Source: Camelus ferus
Taxonomy: Eukaryota
NCBI RefSeq assembly: GCF_009834535.1
Contig: NC_045697.1
Coordinates: forward strand, 41,046,001-41,110,000
Direction: 5' to 3'
DNA: 64,000 bases
The notes below the pieces were generated by a model, which saw nothing but the letters and a program-made list of their open reading frames with translations, was not told the DNA's origin and ran no database searches. Positions 25,781 to 38,224 of this stretch are shown one piece after another (within the stretch, counting starts at the first letter, position 1; each line of letters starts with the position of its first letter). Position numbers and translations under genes: made by a program.

Positions 25781-26318
25781 TGTAGGGGAGAAAAAAATGT
25801 TTCCTCTCCCCACCTTGGGTTCTCCAGCTGGGGCCTTGCAAATTAGACTAAAAGATTAACAAGAGAAAGACAAGTTTATTATCGTATGCATCTCACATAC
25901 ACAAGGGAGCGCTCATAAATGAGTGACTCAAAGAAGTGGTTAGAGCTTGTCCTTATATAGCATCTGACCAAAAGAACAGTACATTTTTTGGGAAGTGACA
26001 AGATAAAGGAAAAGGACTCTGAGCTTCTAGGGGTGAGAAGGCAAATGTGTGGGGAAACCAGGCTAGTTTAGCAGGGTCTGTTATGTGGGTTCCTCTGGGT
26101 TGATAAGGGTCTAGAGTTGTCTCCAGTGATTAAGTTCTGTCCTTCCTGGTAGAGAGCGGAGGGGAGACATCTTTACAAATTTATGTCCTACTTTTAGGCA
26201 AATAGGAGGAGGGCAGGGAGCTCTTCTTGTATCTGCTTTATTCTCAGTTGCCTTCTGCTCAAAATAGTCCTTGTGCCCAAGTGTCATATTTTGGGGCGGT
26301 GGGCTCTTACTAGCCTTC
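25781..26318 (-). mobile_element. Solo ERV1-type LTR inserted in a MIR
   Basis: TG...CA termini, ERV LTR-like content, MIR-like sequence on both flanks. Confidence 0.6.
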
Positions 26319-29300
26319 ACACGTCAGGGGCCTGTCATAGGGCCTGGCACTTAGGAAGGACACAGTGCCTGGTAGTTGTTGCTGCTGTTACTGTTATTGT
26401 CATAGAAAATTAGGAACGCTCATGGTTGACAAACCCCGTTAATCTCATTTGTTACAATCTGTGGATTTTCTTTTCATAATTCTAAGACTCAAACTGGCGA
26501 GAAGAGTTTATGGTTATCTGATCTGATGAGCTGAAGTCGGAAAAGGTTGCTGGGAAAAGAACCGTGAGTACTATTATAAATAGCAAGGCACCAGTGCCGG
26601 ATAAGCAGGTCTTTCCAGTTGGTTTTGTTGATGAGCTGCTGCATTTTCCCTACTGGTTATTTTGTCTTGAAGGTGGAGCAGGTGCTGTTTCAGGCTAACC
26701 CCTCTGCGAGCCCATCACCACCCTTTCCTGCTCCGACTCGGCCCATCAGTCCTTCTCACGCCCATACATTCCATCTTCTGCAGGTGTCTTTTACCTGGAG
26801 GTTTGGGTACTTGTTAGGCTTCCTAATAAAAACCGATGAACAAAGACAATGAGTGAGTCACCTCAGTAGTCTGGCTCGATAGACTGGTTGTTATCAACTT
26901 TTAGGGAGCTTCTTGAAATAACCACAGCTTACTCTGTCTTTATTCCTTTTTTTTCAATTCCTTTTCCCTGACAATAAAAAAATAGTGATTCATAGCCGTT
27001 TCAAAGATGGTAGGTAGTACCAAAAATATAAAGAAGAGAAAAGTCATCCACAGTCCTATATACGGAAGCAATCCCCATGAAGATTGTGGAATCTTTCCCT
27101 TTGGTCTCTTTTCTGTGCTATTTTCACATGGCTGGGGGCACTCGATCGGGGCCATATGATCTTGATTTCTTTTGCTTAACCTTCTAACGTAAACATTTCT
27201 CACATTTTTAAAGAACTCTGTAATATCTCATTTTGCCATAATTTACTTAAATTAGATTCACTTTAGGCATTTGGGGTGTTCGCAGTTTTCTGCTTTTATA
27301 AATAATAATGCTGTTGTAAATAAGAATGTGTTTATAAAGAACAATGCTGTTATAAACAGAAACATTTATAATAATAATAATAAATAACTTTTTTTGCCAG
27401 TACTGCAGCTGATTTTATTAAGACTACTTAGCCCTGTAATAGCAAGGCTGTTGGTACATATTGCCAGACGCTTTCCAGAAGGGTTGTGTGAATTTTCAGT
27501 GCTACCTGCAGCATGTGAGAATGTCTCTTTCACTCCGCTCTAACGAGGGATATTCACCTTAAAATTATTTTGTTCTTAGAAGAAACACATGTTATCTTAA
27601 TGTCCTTAAAAATTGTTAGTAATGTTGATTACTATACTTAACTGTTTTGTGTATTTTCTATTCAAGTATTGGGTTCTTTTTTTTCTGTGAGGTGACAGTA
27701 TTTTTATTTTTAAGATTTGATTTTTATGATTAGGCTTTTTATCTGGTGTTATGTAACAGTCTGTTTCCTCACCACCATTTCCCTTTAATTTTGGATTAAA
27801 TAATTAATTTGGATTAAATAAGTAATTTTGTTTTGGATTTCTCTCTCTCATCAGTTTACCTAAATTCTTCTGGAATCTGTAGGATTATGTTCTTCAAGCT
27901 TCTAGAAGTTTCTTGTGCTGATTTTCAGAGTTTGGCAGTTTCTTAGCCATGTTTAATTACCTTTCTTTTTGGCACTTCCTCTTCAGCCGTTACATTCCCA
28001 AGGTGAAGAAGCCAGGCTTCTCAGTTGGTTTTTGTGAAGAGTGCCTTGACCTCTAATTCTGTCTGTAGAGAATAGAAATGCATGAGATAGCTCCTGTGAT
28101 TTGTAGGGCTGGATCTCAGAATTAAGCTGCAGATATGTTGAACATACTCAGGTGCAATTTAAGCTTGTGAGCATAGGAAGTAAATTTAGAGATGAGGGGT
28201 TAGTTCGTTTTTTCCTCCATCTTTATGCCAGATAGCAGTGTTTACCCCTGAGGTGGGTCTGAGGATTGCCAGCATGATCCAGCATGATCATGCTGTTGAC
28301 TCCGTTCATTGCTTCCACCTCTCTGTGCTCCGGGGAAATGAGGACAGGCTGAGAATTAGACTGGGATTTAAATCCCAGGGTTACAACTTGCTTAATAACC
28401 TCGGACAAATCACATAGGCCTGTCTAGGCCTTTGTTTCCTTATCTGTGAGGTGGGGAGTGATAGTCCTTACCTCTTAGTATGGATGTGAAGATTAAATGG
28501 GACCTCACTAGCTTGGGGTATGAGTTCGACTTTAAAAATTTTCTAATCAATCACTTGAATCCCTCCACGTCAGTAAGTGTAGGATCCCCTATTTAAAATC
28601 TCCTTTACAGTTGACCAAGAACTCTAGGGGCTTACTCTTCCAAAGGAGCCTCCTCCTCGACTCCAGATGGAGAGAAACTCAGAAAAGCCTGACCAGGCCA
28701 CTGGTAGGCCCTGGTTTTCAGCTGCTGTTGTTTTGTGGGGACCTTTTGAATAAATCGGTTCTACCCAGTCCAGTGGGTCCTTACCCACTGCCGCTGTGCC
28801 CCTTCTGGTCCAGATCCGTGCACACAAAGCGGTGGTGCCAAGCTTGGCCTCTCAAGGTTACTTCTTTTCAGGTTACATCCACCTACTCAGGCACTGTGTG
28901 CTGTATCACTCTGTGCCAAGACAGCTGGTCCCAGAGGTACTTGCCGCTAGTCCAGACACCCCTTCCTTTCATGATATGTAATTAGACTTTAGCATCTTTT
29001 CCTACCCAGTGGACCTCAGTTAGAATCATCCTAGGAATTCATTTGAGAAATTCTGATAACGCTGAATTTTAAAAGGCAAGTGGCCAAGGTCACCTTCCCC
29101 TTTGGAGACTCCTTAAATTCACTATGCAAATTTAGCCCCCTCCTCCCAGCTATCAGGGCTGAGTACCAGACAAGTCACCAAAGTTCCTAGCACATCCTCC
29201 TCTATCAGGAATGGAATATTAAACTTAAATTTGTACAACTGAGAAGGGCCATTCAGGTGATTCTTTCGAGAACAAAGAAGGTCTCCCAAGGGACTGTTTG

Positions 29301-30892
29301 GCATTCTCCAGACAGAAAATAATCTGATACCTTCTTTCTAAAAAAGTTTTTTTAAAAAAAAGTTATGCTTCACCAGATACAGCCACATATGTGTAAAACA
29401 CCTAGCATGCTTCTGTCACTTAGTAGGTGCTCAGAAAATGTTAGTTGTCTCCTTCCTCCGTTCCTCCTCAGCTCAACCGCACCTTGCATCATTCAGCTGG
29501 GGACACGTAGCCTTCCAGAGACCTAACCCACTCCTCAGTGTCCATTTCTCTGCTTGCCTCTGCATAAACCCAGTGCAGAGGGTTCTGGGTTGCCTCCTGA
29601 CAGGCTCACCAAGGGTAGTGTAAATGTTCGCTTGTTCTTGGGTATAAAACAAGAGTTGGGGGCAGCAGGTCCTCATAGTGACCTCTGATGGCCTCCAGCA
29701 AGGTTTCACTTTCAGAGCTGCTTTTGGGGGTGGGGGGTTTGCCTGAGGCAGTTCATACTTCCTGCAAATAGTTAGATTTCATTTTGCATATGTATTCAGC
29801 TTGTTTTTTATACAGCAAACATGGCCAGAGCATTTTGTCATGGAAAATAATTTGCTAATCCGAAACTAAACAATGCGTAGCTGTTGTCCCTCTTAAGGCA
29901 GGTGGAGCGTTTATAAAGTGTGCCTTGTCCCAACCTTTGTCCCACAAATAAACTTCCTGCTTTCTGTGAGGAGGGGTGTGGCATCTGCTTTTTGGAGCTT
30001 TAGTTTCAGGGAACCGTATTTTCCTTGCCTGGTTTTGCCAACAAAACATGTGTCTGTGTAGTTAAGGCACATAGAGGGGCCCCAGGCCATTGCAGTCAGA
30101 GGCTGACCTCAGACTGTCTTCAGACTTCCAGACAAGCTCTTTACTGTGTTTCACTGCCGAATTCCCAGACCTCACCACGAGACCCAGGGGTGTGGCATCT
30201 CAAAGCCGACTCTATATTCTCCAAAAGAAAGGGACAGCTTCATTGAATTATTTTGGGTTCAGAAATGAGTTTCCACATGTTTCATGAGACAAATCAGGTG
30301 TTTAATATATTACTCTTACAGGTGTTTAATTAGGGCTTTAGACACAAATTCTCATAGAAATAGAAGAAAAAGGTGAGACTAATTTCAAAGCTCTCTTGAA
30401 ATTATCCCTAGTTCTTCCTGACATTTCCTTACCTGGAGTTCTTTTGCTTTAGTATCTTCACAGGAATGTTTTACTAATACCATGAGGTGTGGCTTTGGCT
30501 TAGCTGCCTTTGTTTTTTCCAGAGTTAGCCTTTTCTCTCCGCAAAACATTGCATCCTGGTGCTTTGAAATTCCCATTGAGTTCGGAGAAATTATGTCTTG
30601 GCAGCCAACTTGCTTTCCTGGAACACAATGTGTTGCTGACGACATACCAGTTGCTCCACTTGACAGTGGGTTTTCTTGTCTGTTTCACTTGGGTGTTCAG
30701 TGGTGAGTAAGAACTGAAGTGGAAAGCCGTACTTACCACAGTTTATTAGATGGTTCATGCCCACGGTAATTACTTTCATAATGCCACTCATGAATAGATG
30801 GATCAGATTAAGGTGAATCAGCTGGCCGGCCAGCAGCTCCTGGAATGATTCTCCACGCGTGATTTTGTTGTGTGGTTACAGAACGTGGCAGG

Positions 30893-30943
30893 ATGGAGCT
30901 GCCCGGCTATCGCGGCAGAGGCTCATTTGTAACGCTGCCTTAA
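30893..30943 (+). other. Candidate uORF (16 aa, MELPGYRGRGSFVTLP*) in the SLC10A6 leader
   Basis: AGGATGG strong Kozak; TAA at 30941-30943, 12 nt before and in frame with the main ATG; transcription start unknown. Confidence 0.45.
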
Positions 30944-30955
30944 GGAGATAAGAAG

Positions 30956-31332
30956 ATGAGACCAAACTGTTCCAGCAGCTCAGCCTGCCCTGCCAACAGT
31001 TCGGAGGAGGAGTTGCCGGTGGGGCTGGAGGCGTATGGAAACCTGGAACTTGTGTTCACGGTGGTGCTGGCCGTGATGATGGGCCTGCTTATGTTCTCCC
31101 TGGGATGCTCTGTGGAGATCCGGAAGCTCTGGTCGCACATCAGGAGACTCTGGGGCATTGCTGTGGGACTGCTCTGCCAGTTTGGGCTCATGCCTCTTAC
31201 AGCCTATCTCCTGGTCGTCAGCTTTTCTCTGAAGCCAGCCCAAGCGATTGCCATCCTCATCATGGGCTGCTGCCCAGGGGGGACCATCTCAAACATTTTC
31301 ACCTTCTGGGTTGATGGAGATATGGATCTCAG
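30956..31332 (+). CDS. SLC10A6: SLC10A6 (SOAT, sodium-dependent organic anion transporter) coding exon 1 of 6
   Basis: MRPNCSSSSACPANSSEEELPVGLE...[23 protein letters not shown]; donor AG|GTGAGT; 377 nt. Confidence 0.97.
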
Positions 31333-34300
31333 GTGAGTTACACTAGGGGCGCTCATCTGCCTTCCCCTGGTAGCACTCTGCCTGGGAGGATGACTGATAC
31401 TTCTGTGTCCATCTAGGTGGAGATTCCAGTGAGAAACATCTTACAGAGGCTTGTTCAGGCTTGGGAGCGCTTTCCTGGCTGAGCTTAAAATTTACTTTGC
31501 TGTCATTGTCCTCTGTTTCACTGGCAGCTCCTTTTCTGAGTTGAGGGGTTTGGTTCATTTGCAGCAGTGAAGGCAGGTCTCCTCCTCATCCAATGGCCCT
31601 TCCTAGGTGTGAACTCATTGTCACCCACACTGACAGCGTTCACAACAGTCCTGGTTTCACAGTCTCCCAGGATGGAGGTTCAGAATCCCAGAAAGAGAAG
31701 GATAGTGGTTGGCAGCCATGTGATGGTGGGGGTGGTGGGGGGCATAACCAATGAGGCTCTCGAAGCTCTAACCAGCAAGTGCTGCCTGAGGCCCTAGTTT
31801 ATGAAATCAGTATTTTGGGGAACTGGATAAAGGAGCCTTTGGGGAATGCAATGAACGTCTCCTATTTTAAGTGGCCTATTGAGTTGACTTGGGGAATGAC
31901 ATAAAGACCATGACTAAAATTGTTTCTTGTTGCTTTACAGATGTTTAACATTCATTACTAGAATCTCGTTTCTTTCACTTAAGCCAGTGACCTTATTCCC
32001 AGTTATGGTGTAGATAAATACCCCTGGGAGACATTAGGCTTTATCATTCATTTACATTTTAATGAGAGTGAATGCTTCAATGGGGGAGAAAGCATTTGAG
32101 GAAAGAATAGAGGAGTCACAATTGGAAAAATGAAAGGGCTAAAAACACAGTGGTCTTTCTAGAGTCTTTGCTTACTTATGACCAAACTGTTGCACCTTTT
32201 GCCCAGGGAAAGAACTACTTATAAATTTAATTCTTTGTTCGACATGTATGTCATTTTGGTGAGATTTATTGTACAATGGATGAATGACTCAGGTGCTGAC
32301 TGTGCTGGGAGTTGACATTTGTGACTCAGCTGCAGGTATGGGTTTCTAGTTTCCTGCATGTGCTGAATGTGTAGCATATGGAACTTATTTCACCTATAAA
32401 TTTTAATGAGTTCGTGCCAAGCAGACCAATAATTAATTTTCATGTGGCTATGTTTTTAGTTCCCCACTTATCAAAGTGAAATGAAATGAATCACTTGCAT
32501 TGCTAATTCAAAAAAACACCACGAATAGGTATTGCTGTTTCAAATTCAGTAAAGTTGATCACTAACGTAATAATTGGGAAATGATAAATATTCTTTACAC
32601 AGAGTGCGTGTAACAGTGATAAATTCCAGGACCTGAAGGCTTTTGGAAAGAAAAGGAAATATAGGTATTAAATACCCCGACAGGCATGGGGTCGATGCTT
32701 TCATGTATTCTCATTCTCTTCTTTCTTGACTCTCATAATAACCTTGTAAATGACCTTTTATTATCCTGAACTTTACAGCTGAGATAAGTTTGACTCGGAT
32801 TGGCTAAGTAGGTTGCCAAATGCTACAGATGAGTATGGCAGGACACACATTTAAAGTCACATCTGTTTCTCATCAGTCTGCAATTTAGGCACTTTCTTCA
32901 ATGCCATTTATTAACACAACTGGATCTTCTGTTCTGAGTAGGAGCATAAATCTTTAAACAGTGTTCTCCAGCACTTCTGTTCTGGGAAAGAGAACATTTA
33001 TTATCTTCATCTCTTTTTGGCCAACATTATAGTAAAAATAGCAATTAATAGGAAGTCTATAAAAGATTAAGTTCATTTTACTTCTCTTAATACGCTTTTA
33101 ACTTTGGTCAAATTATTTAACCTATAAACCTCATCTCCTCATTTGTAAAACAGGATTAAAATTACCTATTACAAGACTGTATTTTAAAGGAAGAATATAT
33201 ATGCAGAATAGCAGGCACATAGTAGGTACCCAATAGATATTAGCTATCATCCCCTTTCTCTTACAAAATTTTGATTTTGAACCTCAGAAAATAAAAACGA
33301 AAACCAAGCAAAAAATTAAATTCTAAGAAATGCAATTTAAAAATGACTAAATATTCAATTTTCAAAAGCTTATAGAGACAAGAGTAATAGATCTTAAATC
33401 TCAGTAAAAATTGCAAATAGGAGGAAACTGAATATTATTGAGTGAAACAATATCCAAGTTCATTATGTTTTTCTCACTTGATTACCAACAAAAATAACTT
33501 TTAAGCAAAACTCAGTAGATAGTCATTGATAGGAATTCTGTTTTTCATGCTGGATAAGATCCAGGAGGATTTAGTACAACATCTTCGTTTTACAAACGAG
33601 GAAATTTAGACTGAGAGCTCTTCAGACGACCCCAAATGTGTTTCATGCCTTAACTCCGTGCTTCATTCAGTTTACTTGTAGTTCTCCGTGTACTCACACA
33701 GAGAAAGCATTTTCAGGAGTTTGCACGTGTGAACGAGTTCCTGCACTCTGCGTGTCCGACGCTGGCACCAGTCATCCTCCCACCAGTCACCAGGGCTCAC
33801 CATCCCAGCAGCCCGTGTGCCTCCCATCAGGCTTCATGTCACCATAGCTGTTGCTTCCTATCTCTCCACTGCCATCACCTCAGCTCAAGTCCCACCATTT
33901 CTTTCTTGTCCAGTTGTGGTATCTTCACAGTGTTCTCCCTACCTTCAGTCTTTCCGTCGTGGTTTTGTGGTAGGTGAGTAAGGCAGGCTTTGGGGTCGGG
34001 TTGCCTGTCCTTGTATCCTGACTTAGGACCTCTTTTCTGTAACTGCAAATCATGGTACTTCCTTCATGGCATGGGGAAGAGAAAAGGAGCGTGTTATACA
34101 TATACAGCTGCTCAACACCTGCTACATCGAGTAGAAGCTAAGCCGGGTCTGACAGACTTCTGCAGGTGTATTTCCCATTAACCCCTTGAGCACAACTGGT
34201 CTGTAGTCAAAATAGACGATTAACTGTTCTTTAAACATACCCCACACTTTCTCAACTTGCTTTTGCCCATTGTCCTCTCAGCCTGCAAAGACACCTGGCC

Positions 34301-35204
34301 TGGTCTGTCGCCTCCACTCATCCTTTGTTGTAACTGTTCTGGAAAGCTGTTGGTCCATGTGTATGAAGAGCCTAAAAATCATCCTTCCCTGGACTGAGCA
34401 CAGCAGATCCTGGCAGGGTCCTCTCACATGTTTGGGGGCTGGCTAAGTGTAGACTGGGCTTGGATGGCCTCACTGGGGACAACTGGGGCCTCCTCCATGT
34501 GGGCTCTCATTCTCTGGCAGGCTAGCCTAGACCTAATTGGCTGGGTTCTGAAAAAGGAGGAAGCATACAAGGTCTCTTGAGCCCTGAGCCTGAAACCGGC
34601 TCATTGTTACTTCCACCACATTCTACCGGCCAATGCGAATTGCAAAGCCAGCAAATTACGAGGACTGGAGAAGTCGATTCTGCCTCTTGATGGGATGAGC
34701 TGCAAGGTCACAGTGCAGATGTCATAGAAAAGAGAAAATATCTGGAGACATTTTTGCAATCTACTGTGCTAACGATGGACAGAACTCTTGTTTTGGACAG
34801 TAGGACATGAAAACATGTGGCAGTACAGTGTCGTTAAGTGCACCACTCTGAAGAAACTAACCAACTATCACTTACCAACTGGGTCATCTTAGCAGGTTAT
34901 GTAAATGCTCTGTGCCTTAGTTTCCTCCCCTCTAAAACAGGGAGAAGCATTAGCTACCTCACGGGTTGTTGCAAGGACTGAATGAGCTAATAATAATACA
35001 TACACAATGCTTAGAGTGTTACCTGGCACAGCATGCTGTGTGAGTTACTACTACTATATGGAACAGGCAAAGGAGCCCTGCGCCAGGGGTCTGTTTTAGT
35101 CTCTGCTCAAGGAGCTGTGTGCCTTTGAGCAAGTTACCTCTCTGGACCTCAGTTTCCTCATTTGTAAAATCAGTAGGTGAGACTCTTGAGGTCCTTTTCT
35201 CTAT

Positions 35205-35745
35205 TATGGTGCAATATATACATAACATAGCATTTCCCATTTTCCCGTTTTTAAGTGTATGGTTCAGTGGCATTAAGTACATTCACATTGTTGTGCAGTC
35301 ATCACCACCCTCCATCTCTAGAACGTTTTCATCTTCCCAAATTGAAACTCCATCCATTAAACAATAATTGCTCCTTCCCTCCAGGCCCTGGCAACCGCCA
35401 TCCTATTTTCTGTCTGTGAATTTGACTACTCTGGATATCTCATATTAGTGAAATCATGATAAAACACTTGTCCTTTTGTGTCTGATGTATTTCACTTAGC
35501 ATAGTGACTTCAAAGTGCATCTGTGTTGTAACGTGTCAGAATTTCCTTTCTTTTTAAGGCTGAATAATAATCCATTGCATGTATATAACACACTTTGTTT
35601 ATCCATTCTTCAGTTGATGGACACTTGGGTTGCTTCCCCCTTTTGGCTGTTGTGAATCATGCTGCTGTGAACATGGGTATGCTGCTAGGAACTGTTGGAG
35701 TCCCTGCTTTCAATTCTTTTGGGTATAAACCACAAGTGGATCTGA
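35205..35745 (-). mobile_element. Old L1 (L1MB-type) 3' end in SLC10A6 intron 1
   Basis: TTTTTAAGTGTATGGTTCAGTGGCATTAAGTACATTCACATTGTTGTGCA.. Confidence 0.75.
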
Positions 35746-36397
35746 AGTTCTTTTATGCTTTAAGTATTTTGTGACAGTAGGAAAATAAAGTAAAATTATG
35801 AAGTCTAAGTATGTGCCTCTCCCTCCCCAGTTTTTAGTGTTTCTCCTGAAACTATTCGACAGAGGTGCCCCTCCTTGCTGTCCCCAGAGCACTAAATATG
35901 CAGTGTTTTCCTGTCTATCGGAGGGGCCTCGCCCGCTAGGTCTCTGAGCTCCTCCATGGCTTGTTCGTCTTTGTGTGCTCAGTACCAGCCTGGTGGTGGC
36001 AGGCACTTGATAGACGTGAGTGAATGACTGAAGGAAAGTTTCTGATTGCCTGTGTGTGTTACAAAAACTCTTGAAATGCTGTCAGTTTATTGGTACAACT
36101 CAGGACAGCTCCCACTGTCTTTACTTTGATAACTTTTGGTGCACGAGGTCTTTTCCTCCCTAAGTATGCGTTTGTGTCTTCAGTGGCAGAGAAAGAATTC
36201 TGACCACTAGTGGTGGTGGAGCCTGAGGGGTTCAGTGGCCAGTTTTGAGTTTTGGACTTTAAAGAAGCTCTTGGTTCTTCAGCAGAGACCCTGGAAATAG
36301 GACTTGAGATTTTTCAGGTCCGTCTAACAGGGCCTGGTGGAGAACTGACCATCTTGAGAGACAGAACTTAGATTGAATCCATGTGACTTAGGGTACA

Positions 36398-36442
36398 TTT
36401 TTTTTTTAAACTTTCTTTTATTGAGTAATAGTCATTTTACAA
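36398..36442 (-). mobile_element. Extremely 5'-truncated (45 bp) L1 3' end
   Basis: T-tract plus TTTTATTGAGTAATAGTCATTTTACAA; TSD TTAGG(G/A)TACA at 36388-36397 and 36443-36452. Confidence 0.7.
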
Positions 36443-36739
36443 TTAGGATACAATAATTCTATGTACCTTATAATTCTATGTACCTTAGTTTTCTTGTCTA
36501 TAAAATAGAAAGAATACCTACATGTAGGATTATTGTATAGACAAAAAGAGAAAATGTATTTAGTGAGGTCTGATACTTAGCAGGTCGTGCTCAGTAAATG
36601 CTGGTTATTGTTCTTGAGAAGCAGCAGACAGGAATAACATTTACATTTGAGGATGAGAAACCTGGCCTTGAACTCTTCTCTAGGGCCAAATCTGTTGATC
36701 TGATCTTATAGCTTACTCCATGTCCATCTGACTAGCTAG

Positions 36740-38224
36740 ATTTTTTTTTGAGTTAAAAAAATTTTTTTAATTGAAGTTGATTTACAATGTTAGTTTCAGG
36801 TATACAGCAAAGTGATTCAGTTATACATATATATATATATATTTTCAGATTCTTTTTCATTATATGTTATAAGAAATTGAATATAGTTGCCTGTGCTATA
36901 CAGTAGGTCCTTGTTGTTTATGTTTTATATATAGTAATATGTGTCTATTAATTCCAAACCCCTAATTTATCCCTCCCTGCCCTTTCCCCTTTGGTAACCA
37001 TAGTTTGTTGTCTATGTCAGTGAGTCTGTTTTTGGTTTATAAAATAATTTGTATCCTTTTTTTTTAGATTCCATATATAAGTGATATCACATGTTATTTG
37101 TCTTTCTCCGTCTGACTTACTTCACTGAATATAATTTCTAGGTCTATCCATGTTGCTGCAAATGGCATTATTTCATTCTTTTTTATGGCTGAGTAATATT
37201 CCATTGTGTGGAATGAATATATACATATATATATACACCACATCTTCTTTATCTAGTCCTCTGTCAGTGGACATTTAGGTTGCTTCTCTGTCTTGGCTAT
37301 TGTAAATAGTGCTGCTGTGAACATTGGGGTGCATGTGTCTTTTTGAATTATAGTTTTCTCTGGCTATATGCCCAGGAGTGGGATTGCTGGATCATATGGT
37401 AAGTCTATTTTTAGTTTTTTAAGGGGCCTCCTTGCTGTTTTCTATAGTAGCTGCACTAATTTTCATTCCTACCAATAGTGTAGGAGGGTTCTTTTTTCTC
37501 CACACCCTCTCCAGCATTTATTATTTGTAGACTTTTTAATGATGGCCATTCTGATTGATACTGAGGTGATACCTCATTGTAATTTCAACTTACATTTCTC
37601 TAATAATTAGCACTATTGAGCATCTTATCATGTGATTGTTGGCCATCTGGCTGTCTTCTTTGGAGAGATGTCTGTTTAGGTCTTCTGATTGGGTTGCTTG
37701 TTTTCTTTTGATATTAAGCTGTATGAGCTGTTTGTATATTTTGGAAATTAGCCCCTTGTCAGTCATGTCATTTGCAAATATTTTCTCCCTTCTGTACATT
37801 GTCTTTTCATTTTGTTTATGGTTTTCCTTTGCTGTGCAAAAGCTTTTACATTTAACTAGGTCCCATTTGTTTATTTTTGTTCTTATTTCCATTACTCTAG
37901 GAGCTGGTTTGAAGAAAATATTGCTGAAATTTTGTTAAAATGTTCTGCCTATGTTTTCCTCTAGTTTTATAGTATATGTTCTTACAATTAGGTCTTTAAC
38001 CTGTTTTGAGTTTATTTTTTGTATGGTGTTAGAGAATGCTCTAATTTTACTCTTTTACACGTAGCTGTCCAGTTTTCCATGCACCACTTATTGAGGAGGC
38101 TTTCTTTTCTCCATTGTATATTCTTGCCTCTTTTTTCATAGATTAATTTACCATAAGTGTGTGGGTTTATTTCTGGACTTTCTATTCTGTCCCATTGATC
38201 TCTGTGTCTGTTCTTATGCAGTAC
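36740..38224 (-). mobile_element. 5'-truncated L1 (~1.5 kb; ORF2 C-terminus and 3' UTR), antisense in SLC10A6 intron 1
   Basis: Minus ORF MEIRTKINKWDLVKCKSFCTAKE.. is L1 ORF2p-like; CTAGCTAG at 36732-36739 and 38225-38232. Confidence 0.9.

Noticed and set aside
26487..26563. Exon-like segment ending ACC|GTGAGT
   Set aside because: Weak AAG acceptor, 77 nt (not a multiple of 3) and stops in all three frames, so left out of the exon chain; it could still be a non-coding exon.
27290..27830. Short AT-rich tandem duplications
   Set aside because: Ordinary slippage repeats with no spacer structure; not CRISPR-like.
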